From: Nitrospirota bacterium
GTDB lineage: Bacteria; Nitrospirota; Thermodesulfovibrionia; Thermodesulfovibrionales; JdFR-88
Direction of reading: 5' to 3'
Length of the DNA stretch: 43,752 nucleotides
Assembly: GCA_021788025.1 (NCBI GenBank)
Contig: JAJYLE010000003.1
Span: 1 to 43,752, forward strand
The notes under the pieces were generated by a model. That model ran no database searches and had not been told where the DNA came from. It worked only from the letters and a program-made list of their open reading frames with translations. The position numbers and the translations under genes are program-made. Positions 9,715 to 20,497 of this stretch are shown here, one piece after another. How positions within the stretch are numbered: the first letter of the stretch is position 1; the number at the start of each line of letters is the position of its first letter.

Positions 9715-11805
9715 TCAGTGTATTTTTTCCAGATGCGCGAATTTAAGATTCAGTTTTTTAAGCCCTATGCTGGGGAAATTGACTGTGACCTTGGCGTCGT
9801 CGCCTTCGCCATAGCAATCCCTTACAATGCCAACCCCCCACTTTGAATGCTTCACCCGCGTGCCGGTAACATAGGGCAACGGCGCCGGGGCGGGCCTGAA
9901 CACCTCTTCCTTTCGGGCCGCCTGCGGCGGTGCTTTCTCTATCGTTTTATAACAGCTCTTGGGTATATCCTGAAGGAAACGGGAGGGCTTCTGTTCCTTC
10001 AGCTTGTCAAATAGCCTTCTCTTCCTTGCGCCAGTGAGGATCAGTATGTCCCTTGCCCTGGTCATGCCGACATAGAGAAGCCTTCTTTCCTCCGCCAGTT
10101 CCTCCGGTGATTTGGCCTTAAAGTACGGAAGAAGCCCCTCTTCCATCCCGGCCACAAACACCACGGGGAATTCAAGCCCCTTGGCGCAGTGAAGCGTAAT
10201 AAGCCGAACGTGCCCTTCCGCGGAGCTTTCCTCGGAGCCTGATGCAAGGGACAGTTTGTCAGCAAACTCCTTTACGTCCTTGCCGGCAGCTGACGCGATG
10301 AACTCTTTTACGTTTTCGGCCCTGGGCTCGTCCAGGTCCGTCATATAACCGGTGCTCTCCACTATGGCCTTCAGAAGCTCCGCCGCATCCTTGTACCTTC
10401 TGGAGGACAGGCCTTCCATAAGCGATATGAAGGATTCCAGCTTTTCCTTCATTGTTACCATAAGCCCGTTTGCCTTCAGAAGCCCCTTTATGGAGGCATA
10501 CAGGCTCAGGCTCTTTTTCTTGGCGTTCTGTTCCACCTTTGACAGAGTGGAGGCCCCTATGCCCCTGGGGGGGCAATTTATTATCCTCCTCAGGGCTACG
10601 TTATCGTCCTTGTTTACAACCAGCTTGAGATAACCGGCAAGGTCCTTTATCTCCTTGCGCTGATAGAAGCTTACCCCACCCATCACCTTGAACGGTATAC
10701 CCTCGGACTGGAACCTGTCTTCAAGCGCCCGCGACTGGCTGTTTATCCTGTACAGGACGGCAAAATCGCCGTAGCCGTAGGTGTTTTTTAGGAAGAACTC
10801 GCGGATCATCCTTGCTATATGCCTGGCCTCTTCCTCCTCGGAATTCAGCCAGAAGAAGCAGATGTCCTCGCCCTGCCCGTTTTTGGCCTGCAGGTCTTTT
10901 CCCATCCGCTTTGAATTCTTGCTCACAATACCGCCGGAAACGTCCAGTATCTTCTGGGTGCAACGATAGCTCTGGTCCAGCCTGATTACTTTTGCGCCCG
11001 GGAAATCATTTTCGAAATTAAGCATATTGTTAAGCTCGCCCCCCCGCAGCCTGCATATGCTCTGGTCGTCGTCGCCGGCCACGCAGATATTGCCCTGGGG
11101 CCTGGCCATCAGCTTAAGCAGTTTATATTGCGCGGGGTTGGTGTCCTGGAACTCATCTACCAGTATATGTTCGAACATCTTGTGGTAGCGGTCCAGCACC
11201 GCAGGCTCGTTTTCAAACAGCTTTATCACAAGCATTACAAGATCATCAAAGTCCAGAGCGTTACTCTTACGGAGTTCGTCCTGGTATCTCATGTAAACCT
11301 TGGCCAGCCGCTCCTCAAAACCAAACCCGTCAGATTTGGCCACGAATTCCTTCGGCTCTATCAGTGACGATTTAAGGTTGCTTATTTTCGAGAGCACTCC
11401 TTTATAGAGTGCCTCGTAAAGGTTCAGGTCCTTAAGGATGTGCCTGATGAGATTAAGCTGGTCCTCGTCGTCGTAAATGGAAAAATCCGGCGAGTAACCC
11501 AGCGCGGATATCTCCTTGCGGAGGATGCGGACGCATTGTGAATGGAACGTGCCAATCCAGCACTGTTTAAGGTCCTTGCCCACCTGGCCGGCTATCCCGG
11601 CCCTCATCTCATCGGCTGCCCTGTTAGTATATGTGACAGCCAGAACCGAACAGGGAGAAGCCTTTTTAACCAGGTTTGCAAACCTGCAGGTTATGATCCT
11701 TGTTTTGCCGCTTCCCGCGCCGGCCAATACCATAAGAGGCCCTTTGGTGTGCAGGACGGCTTCTTTTTGCCCAGGGTTGAGCTCAGATGTCAGATTTTTT
11801 GACAT
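9715..11805 (-). CDS. pcrA: ATP-dependent DNA helicase PcrA/UvrD
   Basis: LNPGQ, AGAGSGKT, LVDEFQDTN, GDDDQSI, KGLEF, EERRLLYVGMTRA; C-terminal Tudor-like RVKHSKWGVG domain. Confidence 0.9.
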   Translation of the reverse strand: MSKNLTSELNPGQKEAVLHTKGPLMVLAGAGSGKTRIITCRFANLVKKASPCSVLAVTYTNRAADEMRAGIAGQVGKDLKQCWIGTFHSQCVRILRKEISALGYSPDFSIYDDEDQLNLIRHILKDLNLYEALYKGVLSKISNLKSSLIEPKEFVAKSDGFGFEERLAKVYMRYQDELRKSNALDFDDLVMLVIKLFENEPAVLDRYHKMFEHILVDEFQDTNPAQYKLLKLMARPQGNICVAGDDDQSICRLRGGELNNMLNFENDFPGAKVIRLDQSYRCTQKILDVSGGIVSKNSKRMGKDLQAKNGQGEDICFFWLNSEEEEARHIARMIREFFLKNTYGYGDFAVLYRINSQSRALEDRFQSEGIPFKVMGGVSFYQRKEIKDLAGYLKLVVNKDDNVALRRIINCPPRGIGASTLSKVEQNAKKKSLSLYASIKGLLKANGLMVTMKEKLESFISLMEGLSSRRYKDAAELLKAIVESTGYMTDLDEPRAENVKEFIASAAGKDVKEFADKLSLASGSEESSAEGHVRLITLHCAKGLEFPVVFVAGMEEGLLPYFKAKSPEELAEERRLLYVGMTRARDILILTGARKRRLFDKLKEQKPSRFLQDIPKSCYKTIEKAPPQAARKEEVFRPAPAPLPYVTGTRVKHSKWGVGIVRDCYGEGDDAKVTVNFPSIGLKKLNLKFAHLEKIH

Positions 11806-11932
11806 GGACGCGTACTATTAAATTAACATAATTCTTTGATTTTTTTCCACTTTTTAAAAAACAGGCAAACTCGTTTAAGCAAGGGTTCATATTTAATTCA
11901 AATTTCATCGGCGCTTTACATCAAAGCCATCA

Positions 11933-13768
11933 TTATTCCACAGTTACGCTTTTGGCCAGGTTTCTTGGCTGGTCCACATCGCAACCCCTGTGCACGCCTA
12001 TATAGTAGGCAAGCAATTGCAGGGGAATGGCCATCAGTATAGGCAAAAGATACGGATTGGTTCCGGGAACGCAGAATACGTTTTCCGGGGCGGCCCCGAA
12101 CTCCCGCGCATCTTCGGAATCAGTTATTATCAGGATATCTGCGTTTCTGCTTTTTACCTCTTCCAGATTGGAGAGGGCCTTTTCCTTAAGCGCCCCACGT
12201 GCGGGGATCAGAAAAAGCACCGGCATGTCCTTGTCTATGAGGGCTATGGGACCGTGCTTCATCTCCCCGGCGGCATAACCTTCGGCATGTATGTAGGATA
12301 TCTCCTTCAATTTAAGCGCACCTTCCAGTGCCACCGGATAATTTATCCCCCTGCCAAGGAACAGGAAATGGTCCTTCTTTATAAACTTTTTACCCATCTC
12401 TTCCAGTTGGGCCTTCTGATTAAGTATCCGCTCGATCTTGTCGGGTATGCACATCAGTTCCTGAAGCATGGCGCCGGACTCTTCAGCGGTGATCTTATTC
12501 AAGGCCCGCGCAAATGATATGGAAAGCAGGTACATTGCGGCAAGCTGTGCGCTAAACGTTTTGGTAGAAGCCACCCCGATCTCCGGTCCGCTTCTTGTAA
12601 AAAAAACCGCGTCTGCGCCTCTGGCCGCAGTGCTGCCGGTAACGTTTGTTATCGAAAGTGTAAACGCTCCGCTCTGCTTTGCCAGTTTCTGTGCGGCAAG
12701 CGTATCGGCCGTTTCGCCGGATTGGGTAACTGATATAAACAGGTCATCCGGTCTTATTACCGGGCTTCTGTACCTATACTCCGAGGCAATGTCCACCTCA
12801 ACCGGCACGGATGCCAGCGGCTCTATCATATATCTAGCCGCCAGACCGGCGTGCCAGGATGTACCGCATGCGGCTATCATCACCTTTTTCCTGGATTCCA
12901 GGAGACCTTCGGGCATCCCGAAGGAGGACGTTGTCACCTCTCCCTTTTCGGGCTCTATGCGCCCCCTGATGGTGTCCGCGATGGCATGCGGCTGCTCGTG
13001 AATCTCCTTCAGCATGTAATGCTTGTAACCGTCTTTCCCCGCCATGCCGGGCGTCCATTGCAGAACCACGGGCTTTCTGTTTGACAGCACGCCCCCCGGG
13101 CCGATCAGCCGGTATCCTTCCGGGGTTATGACAACAGCTTCGCCGTCCTCCAGAAACAGGGCCTTTTTGGTGTGCGCCAGGAAGGCAGAGGCGTCCGAAC
13201 CGATAAAATATTCATCAAGGCCCACGCCCATGGCAAGCGGGCTGTCTTTTTTCACGCCTATTATTTTCCCCGGCTCGCTCTCGTCCATTACGGCCAGCGC
13301 ATAAGCGCCCTTCAGTTCCTTTACAGCCTCAAGCACGGCCTTTTCAAAAGGCAGGGAGCGGGAGTATTTGCAGATGAGGTGGCAGATCACCTCCGTGTCG
13401 GTTTCGGATTTGAAGTTGAAACCCTCAGCCATCAGGTCCTTTTTAAGTTGTATATAATTTTCGATTATCCCGTTGTGGACAAGCACCGTCCCACCGGACT
13501 GGTGCGGATGGGCGTTTCTTTCGGACGGGCCACCGTGGGTGGCCCACCTTGTATGCCCGATGGACGTGGTGGAACGCGGCTGTGGATTTTGTGAGATCAG
13601 GGCCTCCAGGTGCCTTATCTTGCCAGCACACCGGACTACCTTCAACCCATTGTCTTCCATGAAGGCCACGCCAGCAGAGTCGTACCCGCGGTATTCGAGG
13701 AGTTTAAGCCCTTCAAGGATAATGGGGACGGCGCTTCTTTTGCCAGTGTAGCCTATAATCCCGCACAT
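11933..13768 (-). CDS. glmS: Glutamine--fructose-6-phosphate aminotransferase
   Basis: MCGIIG, LEYRGYDSAG, GHTRWATHG, QSGETADT, PRNLAKSVTVE. Confidence 0.98.
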   Translation of the reverse strand: MCGIIGYTGKRSAVPIILEGLKLLEYRGYDSAGVAFMEDNGLKVVRCAGKIRHLEALISQNPQPRSTTSIGHTRWATHGGPSERNAHPHQSGGTVLVHNGIIENYIQLKKDLMAEGFNFKSETDTEVICHLICKYSRSLPFEKAVLEAVKELKGAYALAVMDESEPGKIIGVKKDSPLAMGVGLDEYFIGSDASAFLAHTKKALFLEDGEAVVITPEGYRLIGPGGVLSNRKPVVLQWTPGMAGKDGYKHYMLKEIHEQPHAIADTIRGRIEPEKGEVTTSSFGMPEGLLESRKKVMIAACGTSWHAGLAARYMIEPLASVPVEVDIASEYRYRSPVIRPDDLFISVTQSGETADTLAAQKLAKQSGAFTLSITNVTGSTAARGADAVFFTRSGPEIGVASTKTFSAQLAAMYLLSISFARALNKITAEESGAMLQELMCIPDKIERILNQKAQLEEMGKKFIKKDHFLFLGRGINYPVALEGALKLKEISYIHAEGYAAGEMKHGPIALIDKDMPVLFLIPARGALKEKALSNLEEVKSRNADILIITDSEDAREFGAAPENVFCVPGTNPYLLPILMAIPLQLLAYYIGVHRGCDVDQPRNLAKSVTVE

Positions 13769-13792
13769 TTTATAGCCAGGCCTCCATAGACT

Positions 13793-15229
13793 TTATTTGC
13801 CTTCCTTCTTTTTAGCGAGTTTCTTTTCTCTTCTTGTGGCCCAGCCCTCTACGTTCTTCTGCTCCATCCTGTTTATTGCCAGAGAGCCTGGCGGCACATC
13901 CTTTGTTACTGTAGAGCCGGCGGCAATGTAAGAGCCTTTGCCAACTTTTACAGGGGCCAGCAACTGCGAATCGCTGCCCACGAAAACGCCGTTGCCGATT
14001 ACGGTTTTGTTCTTGTTCACGCCGTCATAATTGCAGGTGATTGTTCCCGCCCCCACGTTTACACCCTTGCCGACCTCTGCGTCCCCTATATACGAGAGGT
14101 GCATGGCCTTGGTGCCCTGGCCTATAAGCGAATTTTTTATCTCCACAAAATTGCCGATTGCCGCACCCCGGCCTATAACCGCGCCTGGCCTGAGATGGGC
14201 AAACGGCCCTACGCGGGCACCCGCGCCTACCCTGGATGCCTCCACCACCGATGAATCCTTTATCACGGCCCCGTCCCCGATGGCGCTGTCCACTATACGG
14301 GCGTTGGGATAAATAACGCAGCCTTTGCCTATGGACGTTCTGCCTTCAAGGTAAACATTTGGATAGATGACCGCGCCTGGCGCAATCCTTACCCTGGCAT
14401 CAATAAATACCGCGGAAGGATCGATAAACCGTACGCCATCTGACGCAAAGCCCTTCACAAGCGCCGCCCTCAGCACAGTCTCCGCCCGCCCAAGCTCCAA
14501 AGGCGTGTTGACACCCGCAAGTTCCTCTTCCGGCCCCGCAACATAAGCGCCTGCCATCAGCCCTTTCTTAAGGACAATCTCAAGCAGGTCCGTAATGTAA
14601 TATTCACCGCTTTTAGAGTTCGGCTTTATCATCGGCAACAACTTCAGGGCCGCAGGCTCGATCACGTAAAGCCCGCTGTTAACCTCGTTTATGCCTGCGT
14701 CCTCTTCCCGAAGTTCCGAATTTTCAATTATCCGCACCGGCCTGCCTTCAGGGTCCCTTTTTATCCTTCCGTATGCGCCGGGCTCGCAGGCCAAAAAAGT
14801 TCCTATGCTAAGGGCGTTAGCCTGCCTGGCGTGCAACGACACCAGCCTTTTTATCGTCTCCGGCCTTACAAGCGGAAAGTCCCCATTTAACACAACAAGA
14901 CTGCCGTTTATCCGGCCAAGTTCATTAATGGCGCAGGACACCGCATGAGCAGTGCCCATCGGCTTTTCCTGAAATGCAAACTCAAGCGGCAGAGCCGCTT
15001 TTTTACCTAACGGGTGCGTCTCAAGCGCACCTTTGATTTCGTTAAGGTATTTACCGGCCACAATCACCACACGCGCCGGTTTCAAAGAGAGAGCGGAACT
15101 AACCGGATAAGATATCATCGGGGCGCCAAGTACCGGATGCAGCACCTTGGGCAGGGCGGACTTCATCCTCTTCCCGGCCCCGCCGGCCAGCACTGCAAAA
15201 TACAGCGGCCTGCCCCCCTTCGTTTTCAT
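13793..15229 (-). CDS. glmU: Bifunctional UDP-GlcNAc pyrophosphorylase / GlcN-1-P acetyltransferase
   Basis: LAGGAGKRMKSALPKVLH, GEYYITD, GPFAHLRPG, GNFVEIK, HLSYIGDA, TCNYDG; hexapeptide repeats. Confidence 0.96.
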   Translation of the reverse strand: MKTKGGRPLYFAVLAGGAGKRMKSALPKVLHPVLGAPMISYPVSSALSLKPARVVIVAGKYLNEIKGALETHPLGKKAALPLEFAFQEKPMGTAHAVSCAINELGRINGSLVVLNGDFPLVRPETIKRLVSLHARQANALSIGTFLACEPGAYGRIKRDPEGRPVRIIENSELREEDAGINEVNSGLYVIEPAALKLLPMIKPNSKSGEYYITDLLEIVLKKGLMAGAYVAGPEEELAGVNTPLELGRAETVLRAALVKGFASDGVRFIDPSAVFIDARVRIAPGAVIYPNVYLEGRTSIGKGCVIYPNARIVDSAIGDGAVIKDSSVVEASRVGAGARVGPFAHLRPGAVIGRGAAIGNFVEIKNSLIGQGTKAMHLSYIGDAEVGKGVNVGAGTITCNYDGVNKNKTVIGNGVFVGSDSQLLAPVKVGKGSYIAAGSTVTKDVPPGSLAINRMEQKNVEGWATRREKKLAKKKEGK

Positions 15230-15846
15230 TAACGGACCGCTTCCCTCAACATATCCGGCGTGGCAATGCCGCCGGACAGGATTATCTTTACTCCGTCTTC
15301 CACGGCTATATCCGTGCAGAAGACATCATCCGGCTTGAAAAGGGCCACCTCTCCAAGGTAAAGGTTATTGGTGGGTATGTATATCGCCTGCAAGGGCTCG
15401 GTCCTGCCGTCGCTGAAGCATCTTGTTGTGCCTTCCCTTGTAAGAAAGCCGAATGCGTAAACGCCCGGCCTTGGATACTGTACGATAACGAATTTTTTAA
15501 AGCTGGATGATTTTGAAAAAGCGTCCATTATCGATTTTACAGGAGAGTAAACGCTTCTGAATACAGGTATGTTCATAAGATATTTTTCAACGGCCTTTAT
15601 CACCTTGTTGCCAATAACGTTTGTGGAGACGGTCCCTGCTATGAATATAAGGACGATGGCGGAAATAAACCCCATCCCCTCCACATGCCTGCCAAACAAC
15701 CTGTCGTAAACCGGGCCCAGTATCCCGTCAATGCTCTTGAAAATCCAGATAAGCACCACAACGCTTACAAGCGCAGGCACGGTAACAAAAAGCCCTGCGA
15801 AGAACTTGCGCCTGAACGTGGCCCTTAAAGAAAGATGATGGTTCAC
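15229..15846 (-). CDS. DUF502 family membrane protein
   Basis: RKFFAGL, two TM helices, [31 protein letters not shown]. Confidence 0.85.
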   Translation of the reverse strand: MNHHLSLRATFRRKFFAGLFVTVPALVSVVVLIWIFKSIDGILGPVYDRLFGRHVEGMGFISAIVLIFIAGTVSTNVIGNKVIKAVEKYLMNIPVFRSVYSPVKSIMDAFSKSSSFKKFVIVQYPRPGVYAFGFLTREGTTRCFSDGRTEPLQAIYIPTNNLYLGEVALFKPDDVFCTDIAVEDGVKIILSGGIATPDMLREAVR

Positions 15847-16595
15847 GAGGCCGTGTCCATGATCTCCTGGGGCATTTCGGAATTCGAGTAGACGTTCTGC
15901 ACGTCGTCATTGTCCTCGAGGGCATCGATAAGCCTGGCCAGCTGCGCCGCCGCGTTCTTGTCCACCGGCACGTAGTTTTTTGGGAGCATGGTCACCTCGG
16001 CCATTTCTACCGCTATGGAATTCTTCACAAGGGCCTCTTTAATGCCCGAAAAATCCTCGGGGGCGGTCACTATCTCGTAGCTTTCCTCGGCCGGGTCATT
16101 TTTCATATCCAGCGCCCCGGCGTCCAGGGCAACGCTCATAACCGAATCCTCATCGGCCTTGCTTTTGTCCACAAGAATGTAGCCGCGTTTTTCGAATATC
16201 CAGGAAACGCACCCCGCCTCTCCCATGGCGCCGTTGTTTTTGGACATCAGGTGCCTCAGTTCGGAGACGGTGCGGTTTTTGTTGTCCGTAAGCGTTTCAA
16301 TCAGTATAGCAGTGCCGCCAGGGCCGTAGCCCTCGTATGTCACTTCCTCATAGCTTGCGCCGGGCAGTTCCCCCGTCCCCTTGAGAATGGCCCTCTTTAC
16401 GTTCTCCTGGGGCATGTTGATCTCTTTGGCCTTTTCAATAACAGTTTTAAGGCGCGCATTTCCCGCGGGGTCGCCCCCGCCAAGCCTGGCGGCCACCGAG
16501 ATTTCCTTGGCCAGCTTGGAGAATGCCTTCCCTTTCTTTACGTCGGTTGCGGCCTTCTTATGCTTAATCTGCGCCCATTTTGAATGTCCTGACAT
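15843..16595 (-). CDS. yebC: YebC/PmpR family protein
   Basis: [38 protein letters not shown]. Confidence 0.96.
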   Translation of the reverse strand: MSGHSKWAQIKHKKAATDVKKGKAFSKLAKEISVAARLGGGDPAGNARLKTVIEKAKEINMPQENVKRAILKGTGELPGASYEEVTYEGYGPGGTAILIETLTDNKNRTVSELRHLMSKNNGAMGEAGCVSWIFEKRGYILVDKSKADEDSVMSVALDAGALDMKNDPAEESYEIVTAPEDFSGIKEALVKNSIAVEMAEVTMLPKNYVPVDKNAAAQLARLIDALEDNDDVQNVYSNSEMPQEIMDTAS

Positions 16596-16753
16596 GGGTC
16601 TTTCGAATCAGCCTCCGTTTATTTTTTTCTTGTTCGCAGTTCGGGGTCCACCGGCTTGTTCCTAATTGAATGTCCACAGACCCCATCGGGGTATTTTATC
16701 ATGGTTTTATGCCCTTTTTCAGCTTCCGGCGCGGGATAATGAACATGGGACGG

Positions 16754-18145
16754 TTACCCCCTGTTATCCAGACCGTATTCCTTTATTTTGGTAAGCAGGG
16801 TTTTGTAGCTTACTTTAAGCACCTCAGCCGCCCTGGTCTTATTCCCCCTGGTCTCTTCCAGCGTGCTTTTTATGAGCTCGGCCTCGGCCACACGCTGCGC
16901 CTGTTTTGAGGCATCTTCAAGGGCCCGTCCAACAGCCGGACGCTCCGGCACATTGCTTTTGGCTTTTTCCGCATCCGGCGCTGGCCAAACCGAAAGCCCA
17001 AGGTGCTCCGGCAGTATGAACTCGCCCTCGGCCAGGATCATTGCCCGCTCCACAGTGTTTTCCAGCTCCCTTACATTTCCCTTCCACCTGTGGCTTACAA
17101 GGGCTTCCATGGCCTCCGGTGAAAACGATCTGGCCCTGCTCTTTAGCTCGGCCCTGAACTTCCCGGCAAAATATTCGGCCAGAAGTGGAATGTCCTCGGC
17201 CCTGTCTCGAAGCGGCGGTATCCTTTGGGGAAACACGTTCAGCCTGTAAAACAGGTCCTCCCTGAAATTGCCGGCCGCAGCTTCGGACTCCAGGTCCTTA
17301 TTGCTTGCGGCCACCACCCTTACGTCTATTTTTATGGAATGGGTGCCTCCCACCCGCTCTATTTCGGACTCCTGGAGCACGCGGAGCAGCTTGGCCTGAA
17401 GCTGGGGGTCCAGCTCGCCCACTTCATCAAAGAAAACCGTACCCATATGGGCAAGTTCCATCTTTCCCGGCTTGGTGCGCTCGGCACCGGTAAAGGCCCC
17501 TTTTTCGTACCCGAACAATTCCGATTCCAGAAGCTCCCCAGGAATGGCAGCGCAGTTTATCGCCACAAATGGATAATCCTTCCGGGGTGACAGATGGTGG
17601 ATGGCCCTGGCAAAAAGCTCCTTCCCGGTGCCCGATTCACCAAGCAGCAGCACGGTGCTCTTTGCGGGAGCAACTTTCCTGATGCGTTCAGCCACTTCCG
17701 TCAAAACGCGGCTTTTGCCCACTATGACAGGAAGCGCCCCCGGATTTACTTCCTCTTTAAGCAGCATGTTTTCGGTAAGCAGGCGCTGGTTGTCAAGCGC
17801 CCTCTTGATTAATAAAACCAGATGGTCCGTATCGAAAGGTTTTGTGATAAAATCGTAGGCGCCAAGCTTCATCGCCTGCACAGCGCCCTCAACGGAGCCG
17901 TATGCGGTCATGACTATCACCGGCCTCAGCGAGCTGTCCTCCCGGGAGGCCTTCAGCACATCTATCCCGCTTTTGCCCGGCAGTTTAAGATCCGTAAGGA
18001 CCAGATCGATTTTTTCCGCCCTCAGCTTTTTTGATGCCTGCATGGCATCGCCGGCATGGACAACGCTGAAGCCTTCGGCTTCAAGGGTTGCCTTCAGCAT
18101 CTCGGCCGTTGAGGCCCTGTCCTCGACGATCAGGATGCGCTGCAT
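16754..18145 (-). CDS. Sigma-54-dependent response regulator (NtrC/AtoC family)
   Basis: Receiver domain (LTDLKLP, KPF), GESGTGKE, GAFTGA, DLFYRLNV, WKGNVRELEN, Fis-type HTH. Confidence 0.95.
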   Translation of the reverse strand: MQRILIVEDRASTAEMLKATLEAEGFSVVHAGDAMQASKKLRAEKIDLVLTDLKLPGKSGIDVLKASREDSSLRPVIVMTAYGSVEGAVQAMKLGAYDFITKPFDTDHLVLLIKRALDNQRLLTENMLLKEEVNPGALPVIVGKSRVLTEVAERIRKVAPAKSTVLLLGESGTGKELFARAIHHLSPRKDYPFVAINCAAIPGELLESELFGYEKGAFTGAERTKPGKMELAHMGTVFFDEVGELDPQLQAKLLRVLQESEIERVGGTHSIKIDVRVVAASNKDLESEAAAGNFREDLFYRLNVFPQRIPPLRDRAEDIPLLAEYFAGKFRAELKSRARSFSPEAMEALVSHRWKGNVRELENTVERAMILAEGEFILPEHLGLSVWPAPDAEKAKSNVPERPAVGRALEDASKQAQRVAEAELIKSTLEETRGNKTRAAEVLKVSYKTLLTKIKEYGLDNRG

Positions 18146-18222
18146 AACGGTAAATTATAACATGCAACCTTAAGATAACGTCTTAAACTCGCCGGAACAG
18201 ACAGCCACGGTTATAATACGCG

Positions 18223-19137
18223 ATGAAGGTTTTTGCCTCCATAGACGTAGGCTCCAACTCCGTCCGCATGCTGATAGCCGGGAAGGAAGATGGCGAAATT
18301 AAGCGGCTGCGTTATGAAAGGCGCACCACTCGGCTGGCGAAAGGGTTTCCCGGCGGAAACCAGATAAGCCTGGAAAACGCTGAACTCACGGCAAAAGCCC
18401 TGCGCGAGTATTTGGAAGTATTGTCCGGATACCAGTTGGAGGGTTTCAGGGCTGTGGGCACAAGCGCGCTCAGGGAGGCCGTGAACGGCCGGGAGATTAC
18501 TGAATATCTTGAGCGTGAGGCCGGATTTAAAATCGATGTTATATGCGTTGAAGAAGAGGCCAGGCTTTCGGCCAAAGGCGTTACAGGGTTTCTTGATATA
18601 AACACCGCCATGATACTGGATATCGGAGGAGGCAGCACGGAATGGATTATCTGGAGCGGCAGGAAACTGGTTAAAAGCGGCAGCATACCTGTTGGCGTAG
18701 TAAAACTGGCCGGGATGTGCGCTCCGCCGGGGTTTCCCTGCCCCAAGGCCATTGCCTCAATAGAAGACGCATCAGCCCGGATAATATCCAAAACCGGCAG
18801 TTATGAGAAAGGCGCGTTCGTGCTCACCGGCGGCACTGCAAGCACGCTTGCCATGGTGGACCTTGCGCTGGAATCCTATAATCACGGGCTTGTGCAAGGC
18901 CACAGGGTAAATATGGACAGGCTCCATGAAATTTACGGAATGATAGACCGCACCCCGGTCACTGAAAGGGACAGAATCAAAGGGCTTCCGGCAGACAGGG
19001 CAGACTTGATAATGCCCGGTGTCAGCCTTACAATTAATATAATGGTTGCTGGCGGATTCCGGGAGTTGACCGTAAGCGGCACAGGGCTGCCGGAAGGGAT
19101 AATTTTGGAGTTGACGGGGGGCTTGAATGAATATTAA
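18223..19137 (+). CDS. Ppx/GppA family phosphatase (short form)
   Basis: IDVGSNSVR, GTSALREA, EEEA, DIGGGSTE, TGGT, RADLI. Confidence 0.9.
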   Translation: MKVFASIDVGSNSVRMLIAGKEDGEIKRLRYERRTTRLAKGFPGGNQISLENAELTAKALREYLEVLSGYQLEGFRAVGTSALREAVNGREITEYLEREAGFKIDVICVEEEARLSAKGVTGFLDINTAMILDIGGGSTEWIIWSGRKLVKSGSIPVGVVKLAGMCAPPGFPCPKAIASIEDASARIISKTGSYEKGAFVLTGGTASTLAMVDLALESYNHGLVQGHRVNMDRLHEIYGMIDRTPVTERDRIKGLPADRADLIMPGVSLTINIMVAGGFRELTVSGTGLPEGIILELTGGLNEY

Positions 19138-20497
19138 ATGGTTTTTTAAACACCCCCAAACATCCCACTGCCCGGATTTGGTGCGGGAACCGATGCTCCT
19201 GCTCAATTCGTCCGGCCGGATTCTAGATCTTAACGACTCAATTGCGCTTGCCCTGAACGCCGGCAAGGAAGACCTCATGGGCGCAAATGCAGACTCGGTT
19301 CCGGGGCTTGCCCCTCTTCTACCTGGTATGGAACGGGCCTTTAAAGGCAACATGGCTGTCACCGCCCCGGAACAGATAAAACTTGGCAACCGGATATACA
19401 GGCCCACGGTTTATCCTCTGGACCAGAACGGCGAAAGCGAAAAACAGACCAGCGCTTTCGGACTGGTGCTTCAGGACATCACGGAGTACGTAAACCTGGA
19501 AGAGGAGCTTGTAAAGCGCAACCGGCTTTTGATGGCGATAAATACCATCTCCACGGTTTTTTTGTATTCCAATATAGCATCACTGTTTGACGTACTCCAC
19601 GACAAGATACTGCTTGTCACCGGGATGGATTTCTGCTGGACTGTTGTAAGGGAAAAGGAGGGGTTTGCCGCAAGGGGCATGCGCGGCCTTTCAAGGAACC
19701 TGAGGGCCAGGCTCGATTCCGGCGCGCTGGATATATTCCACCAGAGCATAATGGACTCCGGCGAGCCCTTTACCGTTATTGAGGGGCCGGAAGTGAGGAA
19801 TTACGAATTTTTTGAAAAGGACGGCATCGCCACCCTGGTGGCCCAGCCTCTTTCAATCGGGCCTGATAAGGTTGGGGTGCTTGTAATGGGCAGCCGCACA
19901 GAGGCGGACCTGGGGTTCGACATGGCCTCGCTTATAAACCTGATAGGCAACCATGTTTCGCTTATCATGGAAAAGGTAAGGCTTTATGAGGAATCCGAGC
20001 GCCTCGCCATAACGGACGCCCTGACGGGCCTTTTCAATATCAGGCATTTTTACGACTCGCTTGCGCACGAGATTGCAAGGGCCAGGCGCTACGGCGAGTC
20101 CTTTTCCATTTCCATATTCGACATAGACGATTTCAAGAACATAAACGACACCTTCGGCCACCAGGCAGGAGATGAGGTGCTAAGGACCGTGGCATCGGCA
20201 ATGAAAAGCATTTCCAGAGAGGTGGACCTTGTGGCACGGTACGGAGGAGAGGAATTTGTTATAATTCTTCCTAACACATCCAAGCAGGAGGCGTTCAGGC
20301 AGGCCGCCAGAGTGAAGGACGGAATCGAGGCCGAGACCTACCTGTCAGGCAAGACCAAAGTCTTCGTAAGCGGGGGGGTTGCGTCCTTCCCCGGCGACGC
20401 CACGGATGAAAAAGGTCTTTTATACGCTGCGGATATGGCCCTTTATGAGGCCAAGTCACTCGGCAAAAGACAAATAAGGCTTGCGGGAGTCAGCTGA
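19127..20497 (+). CDS. Sensor (PAS/GAF) diguanylate cyclase
   Basis: TDALTGLFN, DIDDFKNINDTFGHQAGD, I-site REVD, RYGGEEF, ADMALYEAK. Confidence 0.92.
   Translation: MNIKWFFKHPQTSHCPDLVREPMLLLNSSGRILDLNDSIALALNAGKEDLMGANADSVPGLAPLLPGMERAFKGNMAVTAPEQIKLGNRIYRPTVYPLDQNGESEKQTSAFGLVLQDITEYVNLEEELVKRNRLLMAINTISTVFLYSNIASLFDVLHDKILLVTGMDFCWTVVREKEGFAARGMRGLSRNLRARLDSGALDIFHQSIMDSGEPFTVIEGPEVRNYEFFEKDGIATLVAQPLSIGPDKVGVLVMGSRTEADLGFDMASLINLIGNHVSLIMEKVRLYEESERLAITDALTGLFNIRHFYDSLAHEIARARRYGESFSISIFDIDDFKNINDTFGHQAGDEVLRTVASAMKSISREVDLVARYGGEEFVIILPNTSKQEAFRQAARVKDGIEAETYLSGKTKVFVSGGVASFPGDATDEKGLLYAADMALYEAKSLGKRQIRLAGVS

Noticed and set aside
13769-13792. glmS ribozyme
   Set aside because: Only 24 nt separate glmU and glmS, so there is no room.
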